Shown: in pieces, positions 14,492 through 32,093 of the stretch
Layout: each line of letters starts with the position of its first letter
How positions within the stretch are numbered: position 1 is the stretch's first letter
The notes under the pieces: model-generated
Told to the model about the DNA's origin: nothing
The model's database searches: none
Seen by the model: only the letters and a program-made list of their open reading frames with translations
Translations under genes and position numbers: made by a program
From: the human T2T-CHM13v2.0 reference genome, Homo sapiens
DNA length: 64,000 nt
NCBI RefSeq assembly: GCF_009914755.1
Contig: NC_060933.1
Strand: one strand, 5' to 3'

Positions 14492-15021
14492 TATGGGTCC
14501 CCAGCCCTCATGCCACGGAATGCTAACGGTCTGTGTCCTGTTAGGGACTGGGCCGCACAGCAGGAGGTGAGCGGCTGGCAGGCGAGTGAAGCTTCTTCTG
14601 TATTTATAGCTACTTCCATGGCTTGCATTACTGCCTGAGCTCCGCCTCCTGTTAGATCAGTGGTGGCATTAAATTCTCACAGGAGCGTGAACCCTACTGT
14701 GAACTGTGCATGTGAGGGATCTAGGTTGCATGCTCCTTATGGGAATCTAACGCCTGATAATCTTTCACTGGCTCCCATAACCCCCAGATGGGACCATTTA
14801 GATGCAGGAAAACAAGCTCAGGGCTCCCACTGATTCTACATTATGGTGAGTTGTAAAATTATTTAATTATATATTACAATGTAATAATAATAGAAATAAA
14901 GTCTACAATAAATGTAATGCACTTGAATCATCCTAAAACCATTACCCCCACCCATCCCATTTGTGGGAAAATGGTCTTCCACAAAACCGGTCCCTGGTGC
15001 CAGAAAGGTTGGAGACTGCTG
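14492..15021 (+). mobile_element. MER1A hAT-Charlie DNA transposon
   Basis: 530 bp; GGGCCGCACAGCAGGAGGTGAGCGG ... GGTCCCTGGTGCCAGAAAGGTTGGAGACTGCTG; 8-bp TSD TATTAGA(C/G). Confidence 0.92.
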
Positions 15022-15231
15022 TATTAGAGAACAGAAATGGACCTGGTTGTGAGAGATGAAGGGGAAAAGTAATGAGGTCAAGTAAACCAAAGAGGAGTCT
15101 TGCAGGAGCCATCAGCAAGCATGTGCCATGAACGAGGGGACATGGTTTAGGCAGCTCTATGTATCTTAGCAAAGAAGAGAAAACAAAATAAAAGCAGTGA
15201 AGATTATTATAACAATTGAGACAATGAAAAG

Positions 15232-16070
15232 TCGTCTTAGTTTAGGTTCCCCTAGGAGGAGACTTGAGGCAAGCAGTTTGCTTAGAATGTGTATAAGTCC
15301 ATTCTCACATTGCTATAAAGAAACACTCGAGACTGGGTAATTTTTAAAGAAAAAAGGTTTAATTGGTTCATGGTTTCACAGGCTGTGTAGGAAGCATGAT
15401 GGCATCTGCTTCTGAGGGAGTTTACAATCATGGCAGAAGGCAAAGGGGCAGCCAGCACCTCACATGGCTGAAGCAGGAGGGAGAGAGAGAGGGGGGAGGT
15501 ACCACACACTTTTAAATAGCCAGATCTCATGATAACTCACTCACCACACAGTACCAAGGGAGACTGATGCTCAACCAGTCATGAGAACTCTGCCCTTCTG
15601 ATCCAATCAGTTCCTATGAGGCCCCACCTCCAATCCTGGGGATTACAATTCAACATGAGATTTGGATGGGGACACACGTTCAAACCATACCAGACGGTGA
15701 TCCCAAGAGATGTTGGTGGTGCAGTAGGGAAGTGAGACAGGGAAGTGAGGAAGCCCATATAGGTGAGTTACCAAGCAAAACACCAAGGAGGGCAACTAGA
15801 GCTTAGCTTAGTTCGCAAGGGAGCTCCAGGAGCTGGTATAAATACCCCTGAGTTGTGTGCCCCAAGGAGCTGGGGAGTTGAGGTATTTACATACCACCCT
15901 CCATCTGTCTGGTTGGCAGTCGCTTCTAGATGTGCATTCCCCAGCACTCCTGGTCTATGGCACGCTTGGGCTGGGTGCACTCCACAAAGCCATTTAGTAC
16001 ATGGACTATACCAGTATGCACAGATGACTGGCCCCAGGAGCTGTTGGGGGCATGAGGGTACCTGCCACAG
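15232..16070 (-). mobile_element. ERVL LTR (LTR16/LTR33-like), split by MSTA
   Basis: TCTTAGTTTAGGTTCCC terminus; resumes GGTGATCCCAAG...GGGAAGTGAGACAGGGAAG after the MSTA. Confidence 0.55.
15290..15692 (-). mobile_element. MSTA-like MaLR solo LTR
   Basis: TGTATAAGTCCATTCTCACATTGCTATAAAG ... ACAATTCAACATGAGATTTGG...AAACCATACCA. Confidence 0.9.
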
Positions 16071-16589
16071 AGTGCCCACATTTGGAGAAAAACTCTTCCT
16101 GCATTTCCCTTCTCTGATTTCCACATCTCTAGAGTAACCATTATGAGCAGTTGTGTTTCCTCCCAGAATTGCTCCTGGCATATGCAAATTATAGGTACAT
16201 GTACACATATGCAAACGCCTTCTCATGTGTACACAAGCATGTGTTTTGCTTATATTTTACAAAACGGAAACTCTGTATATTATTTTTCAACTCATTTAAA
16301 AAAATACCTCAACTATATATGGTCATTCTTCCACGTGTATTTCTGTCATTCTTTAGATTTGCAGACATTGCACAGAATGACTCAATAATTATTTATTAAA
16401 TAGAGTCTTTAGGGATGGAATTGAAGTTGTCTCCATATTTTGCCTTTATAAACAATTAATGGCTTCCTGTCTATAGCCTGGAGGACGTGTGCATATGTTT
16501 CTGAACTATAAATTCCCGGAGTTAAATCACTGCTAATTACTCTCTAAAAGGTTGTTTCAATTTATGCTCCAATCCTTTCCCTCACTCTT

Positions 16590-20549
<3,960 letters not shown>

Positions 20550-20821
20550 CCTTCCCCTCACTCTTATCAACACCAGATACTTCTACTCTTCTACATCCTT
20601 GTCAGTCTAGTCAAAGAAAAATGATCTTATTGCTTTAATTTATGTTATTTGATCACTACCATATCTTTGCATTTCTTCTACGAATTGTCTGTTAGCTCTT
20701 TGAATGATTTTGGTCAAAAAATATCGACTTTCTCAGCATGTCCTTTCCTAGTTTAAGATTGTTCATGGGCATGCAGTGGGACTTACTGTTTAGTGCTGAG
20801 TTGTGTGGCTGTTTTCTGAGG

Positions 20822-20950
20822 TTAACATTTATTGAGCACATACTATGGGCCAGGCACTAGACAGCACCATCCCTGCCTTGTCTCATTTAACTCTCATCAT
20901 AATTCTTGGGAGGTGAACTACGGTGAGACACTGAGACTTAGAGAGAGCGC
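20822..20950 (-). mobile_element. MIR fragment
   Basis: AACATTTATTGAGCAC...GGCCAGGCACT...TCTCATTTAA...ACTGAGACTTAGAGAG. Confidence 0.65.
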
Positions 20951-21192
20951 CTCACTCTTCAACAGCTAATCACCAGCAGGATTACCTACGTGCTTTATTA
21001 GTGTTAACTAAAGGTGACTACATTGCATATGGAGCAAGTTGGCAGTGAGAAAAAATGACTCTTGAGCATGGTGGGATAGTGGATTAACAAATGGTGTTTG
21101 CTTTGGGCTCACAGTTATGCTATTCCATCCTCAAGGCCTTGCTGCAGGGCCCTTATCAAGACTTAAGTGAGTTGCAAATCTGCTCTGTCTTT

Positions 21193-22990
21193 ATGGTGTA
21201 TGTGGTGTGTGTGTGTACAGTGTGTGTAGTGTGTGTGGGTGTATGGTGTATGTGTGTATGAATGTGTGTGTTGTGTGTGTGTATGGTGCGTGTGTGGTGT
21301 GTGTAGTGTGTGTGATATTTGTGTGAGATCATGTGTTGGGTGTGTGTTGTGTGCATTGTGTGTTTATGTTGTGGACATGTTTGTATTGTGTGTGGTGTTA
21401 GGATGTATGGAATGTATGTATGGTGTATGTGGTGTGGTGTGTCTATAGTTTGTGTGCATGGTGTGTGTATGTGTGTAGTGTGTGCATTGTATGTGTTGTG
21501 GATATGTGCTGTGTTTATTGTGTGTGGTGTATAGGGTGTGTAGGCTATATCTATGGTGTGTATGTGTGGTGTGTATTAGTGTGTGGTCCCTGTATTGTGT
21601 GTGGTGTATGGAGTGTGTAGGGGGTGTGTTTCGTGTGTGTAGTGTGTTTGTGTTGTGGATATGTGTTGTGTTTATTGTGTGTGCTGTATGGGATGCGTGG
21701 GGGTATGCATGTTGTGTCTGTGGTGTGGTGTGTGTGTAGTGTGTGGTCTGTATGTGATGTGTGGGGTGTGTGGTGGGTATGTATGGTGTGTATGTGTGTG
21801 AGTGGTGTAGTGTGTGTAGTGTGTGGTCTGTATGTGGTGTGTGGGGTGTGTTTAGTGTGTTTGTGTTGTGGATATGGGTTGTGTGTATTGTGAATGGGGT
21901 GTGTGGGGATATGTATGGTGTGTGTGGTGTGGTGTGTGTAGTGTATTATCTGTGTGTATTGTGTGGTGTGTGGGGGTATGTATGGTGTGTATGTGTGCAG
22001 TGTGTGTAGTGTGTGGTCTGTCTGTGGTGTGTGGGGTGTGTTTAGTGTGTTTGTGTTGTGGATATGGGTTGTGTGTATTGTGAATGGGGTGTGTGGGGAT
22101 ATGTATCGTGTGTGTGGTGTGGTGTGTGTAGTGTATTATCTGTGTGTATTGTGTGGTGTGTGTGGGGTATGTATGGTGTGTATTTGTGCGGTGTGTGTAC
22201 TGTGTGGTCTGTATGTGGTGTGTGGGGTGTGTGGGGGTATGTATGGTGTTTATGTGTGTGGTGTATGTAGTGTGTAGTCTGTGCTTATCGTGTGTGGTGT
22301 ATGAGGTGTGTGGGGGTTATGTATAGTGTATGTGTGTGTCGTCTGGTGTGTGTGGTGTGTGGGGTACATATGGTGTGTATGTGTGTGGTGTATGCAGTGT
22401 GTGGTCTGTGTATATTGTGTGTGGTGTATGGGGTGTGTGGGGTATTTATATTGTATGTGTGTGGTGTGGTGTGTGTATTGTGTGTGGGATGTGTATGATG
22501 TGTGTGTGGTGTGGTGTGTGCAGCGTTTGGTTTGTGTATTGTGTGTGGTGTATGGGTGTGTGTGGGATATGTATAGTGTATGTGTGTGGTGTGGTGAGTG
22601 TAGTGTGTGTGGTGTGTGGGATGTGTGGCGGGTATGTATGGTGTGTAGTGTGTGGTGCGTGTAGTGTGTGATCTGTGTGTATTGTGTGTGGTGTATGGGG
22701 GGTGTGGGGGGTATGTATAGTGTATGTGTGTGGTGTGGTGTATTGTGTGTACTGTGTGTGGTGTGTGGTGTGTGCGTGGGTGTGTATGGCATGTGTGTGT
22801 GGTGTGAAGTGTCCAGTGTTTGGTCTGTGTTTATTGTGTGTGGGGTGTGGGGTGTGTATGGTGTGTGCGTGTGGTGCAGTGTGTGTAGTGTGTGGTCTGT
22901 GTGTGGTGTATGGGGTGTGTGTGGGGGTATATATGGTGTGTGTGTGGTATGGTATATATGTGTATATGTGGTGCGTAGTATGCGTGTATG
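21193..22990. repeat. 1.8-kb degenerate TG/GTG-rich low-complexity array
   Basis: Overwhelmingly T/G on the + strand; internal 190-bp duplication. Confidence 0.97.
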
Positions 22991-24545
22991 TTCCACACCA
23001 GACTTGAGGAGATTGTTTACCAGGCTCTCCCTGGCAAACACCCCAGGAGGCTGCAGGCGGAGGGATGGGTTTCCAGGGACAGAAGCGGCAGCTCTCACTG
23101 CAGGAGGCGCCATTTCCTGAGACCAGAGAAGCCAGGTTGTGTGGGAGAAGCCATCTTGGGGAAGGCCCAGCTCCTCACCAACTTGGGAGGATGTCGCTTC
23201 ACCCCATGGCCTATCCTGGCTGGGAAGGAGAGCATCCCAGCAGTCAGGAGTGTGGACAGAAAAATGAAAAAGCTTTCAGAATATTCTACTCGGCATTAGG
23301 GCCCCAGGACCGTGTAGAGCTGGGAGGAGGTTCCTATAATGCTGGAGGTTGAATTTTCATCAACTGAGTGGGATGCAGATTCTGACTCAGATTTCATTTG
23401 CTTTTTGGGAAAATAATAGACACTTCTTGTATTCCCACGTTAATGTTTGCAAGTTCATTTTCACTACATGGAAAGAACATATCGTAGGCATATCTTACTA
23501 ATGTATCCAAGGCATTAACACACAAAAAGATGCAGATGAATAAAATGATTTTAGCTCAGCAAGCAAATGGGTAAATGGGTACCAGAACACTAAACAACGA
23601 AGTTTGGGTGAAGCTTTGCATCTGGTTCCTATTAACCAAATTTGAGACAAAATATGCATTCCAAGTTTCCTGCCACTTAATTTAAAAAGCAATTTGGATT
23701 CAGGGGTCTCAGCTGAAGCTTGGTTTCAGCAATCCCATAGGCATTGAAACCACAAGCAGCCATAATGAGCCAGGCAGGCTCATAATTTCTTTCCCATATT
23801 GTAAAAGCAGTAACAACCACCTCTCAGAATATTTGGAAAATAGACAGTCGTCTCTCAAATCTCCTTCCAAATATAACTTTTAGCACTTTATGGGACATTC
23901 TTTCAGTATTGTTCTTGTGAAAATGGAAAGGATGTTATGTATATATTTGTGTGTGTGTATATATGACACATACACACATATATACACACATTTGTATTTA
24001 TATTAGTATGAAAACACTCATACAATAGAAAATGGGGTGTACCATCTTTTAAGTTTTTTTTTTTTTATGTTGTAACATGGACATCATGACCCTTGTTTTT
24101 CTTCTTGCTTATAGATGTATAAGATGCTTCAGATGTATATCCTAGTTCCTAAACTATCTTCTGTGGCAGGTCATCAGGATGCCACTGATTTTTTGCTACT
24201 GGAAATAATGGTGTAGTCAAAACCTTTGTGCAGAAAGCTGTCAGTCAGAGGCAGGAACTTCTGAGGCTCAATGTTTTCCTTATGTCACCAAATCGCTTTC
24301 TAAAGGGCTGTGCCATTGTGCATCCAGCAGAGCCTATTTCACATACCTGTATCAGCTCTGTCCACCTTACTCTGAGGGTGCCTGGAAGATTCCGCTGCCT
24401 CTCCTCTTGCAGGACTACTGAGGGAGACTCGGGGCACCAACCCAGGCCATGGTTTTCCTCTGATGTTCAGTGTGCTGTCACCTTTGATAGTCTTAATTGG
24501 AAATAGAGACAAAAGCCCTTGGACCACAGCTTCCCCTTAACCTCC

Positions 24546-24950
24546 CATGATGGTCAGATTTCTGTGTCATCTTAACTGGCCACAGCCCCCAATTACCTAA
24601 TCGAACACTGGCCTAGGTGTTGCTGTGAAAGTATTATGCAGATATGATTAAAGTTCATCATCGGCTAATTTAAGTAAGGGAGATTATCGTAGATGATCTG
24701 GGTGGGCCTGGTTCAATCAGTCAGAAGGCCTCAAGGGCAGAGTGAAGGCTTCCCTGAGGAGGAAGAAATTCTGCCCGTGGACAGCAGCCTCCACCCATGC
24801 CCATTCCAGCTTGGCCTTCCACAATGCTTCCAGATGGATTTGAAACTTGCCTAGCCAGCCCCATAATCATGTAAGTCAGTTCCTTGTGATAATTCTCTTA
24901 GTATGTGCCTCCGACTGGTTCTGCTTTTCTGGTTGGACCCTGACTGATAC
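24546..24950 (+). mobile_element. MLT2 (MLT2D-like) ERVL solo LTR
   Basis: TGATGG..ATTTCTGTGTCA ... CTGACTGATAC; 5-bp TSD CCTCC. Confidence 0.85.
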
Positions 24951-25207
24951 CCTCCCCAGGACCATTGCCATCTGCCTCCTGTCTTTTTGTCTGTCTCCCT
25001 ACTTTTCCTGTCCAACCTCTCTCCCCATTCCTCTGTGAAAGGACTTTCCTTATACCTTCCCAGAGCCATCTGAGCAGACAAAGCATAAAGAGAGAAATCA
25101 ATAACTAATCAGGAGCCATAAATCAGGAGGCATTTTCAACTTTCTACCTGTTTTCTTCACCATCAAACATTTCATTATAAAAAGTTTCAAACTATAAAAA
25201 CTTTGGA

Positions 25208-25557
<350 letters not shown>

Positions 25558-25749
25558 TTATTACACTCACTTCTGTTATCTATCCATTCATGGATCCCCC
25601 TACTCATCCATTAATCCATTTTCTTCTTTGCTGCATTTCAGAGCAGAAATAGTAATTTCTTAGAAATTAATTAATTTCTGCAGATATTAATACCCTTCTC
25701 ACTAAGTACTTCAGCATATACCTCATTAATCAGAATTTAATATTTATTT

Positions 25750-26520
25750 ATAGCTCTTTTTTGGAGGAAAATTTCTTTCAACAAAATGCTCCAATCTAAA
25801 GTATACCATCCAATGAGTTTTGACAAATGCATCTACCCGTGTAACCCGAACTTCATCAATAGGGCATTTACATCGCCCAAAAGTCTCCCATGTTCATTTC
25901 CAACCTGTGTTTCATTCCAACACAACCAACTGCTAATCTGATTTATTTTCCTCCACAGATTATTTTTGTTTGTTCCGGAAATGCATAAATATGGAATGAT
26001 AAAGAATGCACTCTTTTGAGTCTGGCTTCTTTCCTTCAGCACAATCGTCTTTAGATTCATGCATGTTACTGCGTGTATCCCTTGTTTGTTCCATTTTGCA
26101 GCTGACAAACATTTCCTTGTATGAATATACCATAGTTTGCTTTTTTTTTTTCCTATTGATGAATATCTGGGTTGTTTTGTCTATTATAAATACAGCTGCT
26201 ATAAATGTTCTTGTGTAAATATTTTGGTGGATATATGTTTTTCATATATGTTGGGTTTATATCTAGAATTGAAATTGCTGTGTCATAGGGTGGAATTATG
26301 TTTGATTTTATATAAAGCCGCCAGAACTTTTCTCAAAGTTATTGAGCTATTTTACACTTCCACTAGTGATGTTTGAGGATTCTGAGAGCTCTACATCCTT
26401 ACCAACACTTGGTACAGTCTATCTTTTATTTTTAGACATTCTGGTGGTGTGTAGTGATACTTCATGTTGGTTTTAGTTGCATTTTCCTGATGACTAATCA
26501 CGTTGCGCTCTTTTTCAAGG
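25750..26520 (-). mobile_element. L1ME/MC-like 3' portion
   Basis: ATGAGTTTTGACAAATGCAT...GTGTAACC; TCTGGCTTCTTTCCTTCAGCACAAT. Confidence 0.75.
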
Positions 26521-26783
26521 TAACACTCTTTGAACATATGTTGTATACCCTGAATCATCATCTACCCCATCTTCATGGGGAATCATGGAGACCTAGTCAA
26601 GAATTGCATCCTGAGATTTTATCATGAGTAGAGTCTGCATGAAGCCAAGGTGGAATTCTCCACTCCAGTGGTGAATGTGGAGCCAGAGAGGCCTCCTACA
26701 CATGCCAGGTTCCCAGAAGTGGTGGCGTCCAAAAAAAGGCAGTGGAACCTAGGTTTGAAGCTGTGTGTGAAGCAAAAGAGCAA

Positions 26784-27451
26784 GGGGGCCAGTGAGGGCC
26801 GTAGGCATGGTAAGGGCCAAGGGGACTGTGAAGACCATGGGGACAGTGAGGATCATGGGGCCAGTGAGGATCATGGGGACAGTGAGGACCATAGGGACAG
26901 TGAGGACCATGTGGACTGTGAGGACCATGGGAACAGTGAGGAACATGGGGACAGTGAGGAACATGGGGATTGTGAGGACCATGGTGACAGGACCATGGGG
27001 ACAGTGAGGATCATGGGGACTGTGAGGAACATGGGGATTGTGAGGACCATGGGGACAGTGAGGATCATTGGGACATTGGGGACCATGGGGACAGTGAGGA
27101 TCATTGGGACATTGGGGACCATGGGGACAGTGAAGATCATGGGGACATTGAGGACCATGGGGACAGTGAGGATCATTGGGACATTGGGGACCATGGGGAC
27201 AGTGAGGATCATGGGGACATTGGGGACCATGGGGACAGTGAGGATCATGGGGACATTGAGGACCATGGGGACAGTGAGGATCATGGGGACAGTGAGGACC
27301 ATGGGGATTGTGAGGAACTTGGGGATTGTGAGGAACATGGGGGCAGTGAGGACAATAGGGATGGTCATGATCATGGGGACTGTGAGGACCATGGAGATTG
27401 TGAGGACCATGGGGACAGTGAGAATCATGGGGTCAATGAGGACCATGGGAC
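26784..27451. repeat. 18-bp minisatellite, ~37 units, consensus GGGGACAGTGAGGA(C/T)CAT
   Basis: Directly visible tandem units; one 14-bp unit near 26985. Confidence 0.97.
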
Positions 27452-28969
27452 TAATGACACCCTTTGTTCTGGGATTTTTGAGTGTCTGGTTTTTTTTTTC
27501 ACACATCAGCAATGGGTTATGTAGGGATATCTTGAGGTGAACTAATGATTGGGAACAATTTTACAATTAGGGGAATAGATTTTTCTGAATTAGTATGTAA
27601 TCTTTACATAAAAAACACTGAACATGTTTCTCTTGCCCTTATTGTAAGCATTTCCCTCCATCTGTATTTTAAGGTTCCATCTTGGTAAGTAGCAACCCCA
27701 TTTAAAGTGTGGGGTGCAGGGGAGTGGGATTGTGTGGTGGCTATCAGATGTTTATGAGTAATTTAATGTCTAACCTTTAATGCCTCTGCCATTCTGCCAT
27801 CACTGACAACTATGATTAAGTAAGGATTTTAACTTAGATAAATGTGACAGGCATTCAGGAAAGACAAAGAGGTTTGCTGGTGAGCATTACTCAAAGCAAG
27901 ACTTCAGTCAGAATCTATGCAAGTCAAGCTCTTGGAGTAAAAATGATTTGCTTCTCTAAGGACTCGAAATAATTCACCTACAGAGGAAAATGGATGGGAG
28001 CTGTTGGGTGGTGCGCCCTGCTCTAAGCAAAGCATATTTCGCAAAGTTGGACTTTTACAAAGGATACGAAAATGAAGGGTGCTTTTATATTTTAAACAGT
28101 TTTTGGTAGATAACAGCTCCCTAGAGAATTCATTCAAATTCCAAGTCTTTCTCCAGTCAGAACATAATTTGATTGTTAAAAATGTATCTCAGGCAACTGA
28201 TTCCACCGGGCAGGCACAGTCTCAGTGCAAGAACGGGGCCTCCCTGGTTGCTGTGGAGCCGTCTTCTTCCCAGGAAACCTGGCAGCAGGGGCTAGCAAGC
28301 ATGCCAGGCAGCCCTGGTTTGTGTGGGGCCTTGGTCTTTGGTGGCTGGGCAGAGCAAGGCAGGACTCACTGGGGTCCTTCTGACTCAGTCTTGGCTACAC
28401 TGCAGTGACTGGGGGAAGTGAGGGAGTAAGTGATTGATTGATTGAGTGAATGAATGAATGAATGAGTGAATGACCCTGAGGAGCTCACGAGGCGGGGGAA
28501 ATTGTAAGAACAGGATCGTATGCTTCCCAGGGAGTCCCTCATGAATACTTTGGACCCTTTAAGTCAGCTAGGGTGTTTACTACCGGCACCCCAAAAGGAC
28601 CCATGGCAGGGCAGCTGTGCTGTAAGATCAGGGAAGAGGAGGTGGAATAGGGGTTGATGTGGGGTGGGGAGGTCAGTGGGGCCCTGCCCTTGGCCTGGAA
28701 TTGTCACCCCACCTGGTTTGGTCTTCTCACCATGGCTTATAGGTCACCCCATGCCCTCCATTCCAGAATTCTGCTATACCAAGACAAAAGAAAACATTCA
28801 AGAGTGGCCTAAAGCACCTGGTTTATTCTCACCTGTAGCTAACTTGCATCTTTCCCTGTATCACTACTCATGCCTGCACCCAGGCTTGGAGAAAGCCTAT
28901 GGAATGCAGGCCCTAGAGCAGGCCCTACCACAACCCAGCTTCACTCTTGGCAAATAATTGGGTCTGTGT

Positions 28970-29446
28970 TGTCAAAGAAAAAAAATTATTCACTTACTTG
29001 CTAAAGCACAGATAGGCTTTAACCAGCACAATAGTGTAAGGTCCACTGCAATGGGGTCTTGCAGTGGGAAGAGAGATTGGGCCCAACTCCAAATACAAGG
29101 GAAAGTGGGAGTCTACAGCCAAGGGGCGAGGTGGGGAGGGGAGTAATCAGTGGATGGAAAATTACTAAGAGGAAATCTCAGGTGTGGGGGATTCTGGCTA
29201 ACAGGCCTTTTGCTGAATGCAGGCCAGGGTGACCAGACACCACCGGGGGAGTAGCGGGGGATGGGGAACCCAGATACTGAGAGTGATCAGATATCAAGGG
29301 TGGGGTTTCTGACAATACCAATTTAGCAAGATTCTTGCTAAAATCAGACAATGCAGAGAAAAGCATGAGAGTCCAAAAGTCAGGCCTAGTTGGAAAAGAG
29401 TTCAGCAGAGCCTGGGTAGAGTTTGGTCCAGGAGAGAATCTTTGCT
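28970..29446 (-). mobile_element. MER31-like ERV1 solo LTR
   Basis: TGTCAAAGAAA...CAGTGGATGGAAAATTACTAAGAGGAAA...GAGTTTGGTCCAGGAGAGAATCTTTG; 4-bp TSD GTGT. Confidence 0.75.
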
Positions 29447-29990
29447 GTGTTTTCTCACAAATAACATGAGTTGAAGTAAATGATCTCTAACAATTCTATG
29501 ATCATTTTGTTGTCCCTTTAAGGCTTCCTTGGAGCATTTCTTGTTTTCTCAACTAGAATATTGCTGTCTCAGGGCAACACCGTGAAACCCACATCATTCC
29601 ACAGCCACCAACAGAGGCACTTAGTGGACGCTCGCCACGTGTGTCTTTACTGGATTGGGAGGTGGCATGGGTTCCGATCAATCCAGCTGCTGGGATGATG
29701 GGGAAGCTTCTGAAACATTTGTTTCTGTTTAAAAGAGAATATATGATAAGCGAGAAAACCTCAGCTGATGTGGGAAGGGCAGCAACAATCTGAAAAAAGC
29801 AGCTTGGGACTTGACTCAGCGCAGCAAGCTGGTTTGAATTCAACCCCTGCCTCCTACCATTGCTAATTCATTCCCTGGGGGAAATGTGTGTTGTTCCTGT
29901 AGCTCCTGCTTCAGTTCCCCATCCGTGTGGAGAAGTTTCAGTTATATACAGAAGTAGAAAGGATGACACAATGAATGCAGGTATTCCTGC

Positions 29991-30354
29991 TGTAGCAGAG
30001 GCCACTGTGCCCAGCCCACGCCCTTGGTCTTGGCAGGTCCCAGCACAGTTCCCTTGGGTGCTGATGGTCCTGCCCTGCTGTGAAACAGCCTGAGCGCAAG
30101 GCTGGCCAGACACCCCAGGGGCTGCCATCAGCTGGCCAGAGGGGCAGAATTGGCTAACAAAGACCCCTGCCTCTTTGCCCTCGAGGAATGGCTCTTGGAG
30201 GTCCTGCAGTCTCTTAGAGTGTTCAGATGTCCACTCCTTAAACCCCTACATTTTGCTTTCTTTCCTCCCCTGACTCACTTCCTGTCTCCCTCGTGTTTCT
30301 GGGTCACCTCCCAATTCCTGTGTCAGAGCTGGCTTCGGGGAACCCAAACCGACA
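29991..30354 (+). mobile_element. ERVL LTR (LTR16/LTR33-like)
   Basis: TGTAGCAGAGGCC start; GGGTCACCTCCCAA...GCTTCGGGGAACCCAAACCGACA end. Confidence 0.55.
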
Positions 30355-31535
30355 CACTCCCACTCAGGACTCAGAAGTTATCACGATTTTGCCATACTTG
30401 CTTTATGCCTTCCCTTTCTTCTGAAATATTTTAAAACAAATTCTAGACATCATGAAATGATCTGGATCTACTCCAGGGGGGTAAAAAACAGAGCCACCTC
30501 CTGGATATGGCTCCCACACACAGGATTGCAGGTTCATTCACCTTTCCCACCCCTTCCCTCATCCGGCAAGTGGGCCCAGACTCTGTATGTGCCATCTGGA
30601 GACAAGTTGGGAACATGCCAATCCGTGTAGTGCTATTTTTCTTTTAACACATAAACCTAGAATCTTAAGTTGTGGGCGGGTGTGATAAAGTATGGGAAGA
30701 TTCACTTTAAAAAAGGTCATCTTTCATTAGACAAAAGATATGGAGTTGGGAAGAGGATCGGTCCTTAGTGAGCCAAGTCCAAACTGCAGCCTAAGTGGGA
30801 GAGGTTGGTTTGCTATAAAAGACCAGCAGAAAGACATCACTTGGCACCAATGTTGCTTCACAGGGCATTGTTTCATGAGGGCCAGTTCCCCTCAGTTACC
30901 TGCATTAATGCAGTGATGTGGTCTTGACACGTGGCCTTTCCCTAAAGCAGGCCTTTTCTCTTTCTCTCAGCCTCCAAAGAGGCTTGGTGAGGGTGAAACA
31001 CCATGGCTTTCTCTCTTTCAGCAGAATCGAGAGGCCAGTTTGCAAAGAGAGGTAGGTTCTTTCCATGTTGTCTTGAGAGTTTCCTTTGCCGTTGGCGTTG
31101 GTAGTGAGAGACATAAGGGTGTCAGGACATTTCGACAGATGGCAGGGACAAGCCTCCTGTCAGCCCTGTCCTCTGAGTGGTGGAGTTGAACACAGCTCTC
31201 CTGCTCTTCACGACTGCATATGGCGTGTAATCTTTGGACTTTGAGCAGAAACCCTGTCTTGGTGTGTCTGTGACAGGTGAGCAAGCGGCTTTGCTCTGAG
31301 GATTTCATAATGCACATTCCCTTGTAGAGACAGGTCTTGTCTTCCTGTTAAACAAAATGCTGCTTACCTCCTGGGTCCAACCAGAAACGATGTGTTGCTG
31401 ATCACTGCCCAACTTGGAGACAAGTTCTCCCTGGGGTGGGGGTGAGAGAAGGTGGTCAGTGTGGCGAGTAAACAAATGGGGATGCCCAGTGCCTGCTGGC
31501 TGTGGTGTCTGCCTGCGTGAGTGCATGACAAATAA

Positions 31536-32093
<558 letters not shown>

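Noticed and set aside
21156-23120. Cys/Val-rich or His/Thr-rich ORFs up to 287 aa
   Set aside because: Artefacts of TG low-complexity sequence.
26784-27451. Regular repeats resembling a CRISPR array
   Set aside because: Head-to-tail 18-mers with no unique spacers, no cas genes, and a primate context.
30814-30821. Perfect TATAAAAG box
   Set aside because: Isolated motif with imperfect initiator spacing and no supporting exon or CpG context; expected by chance in 64 kb.
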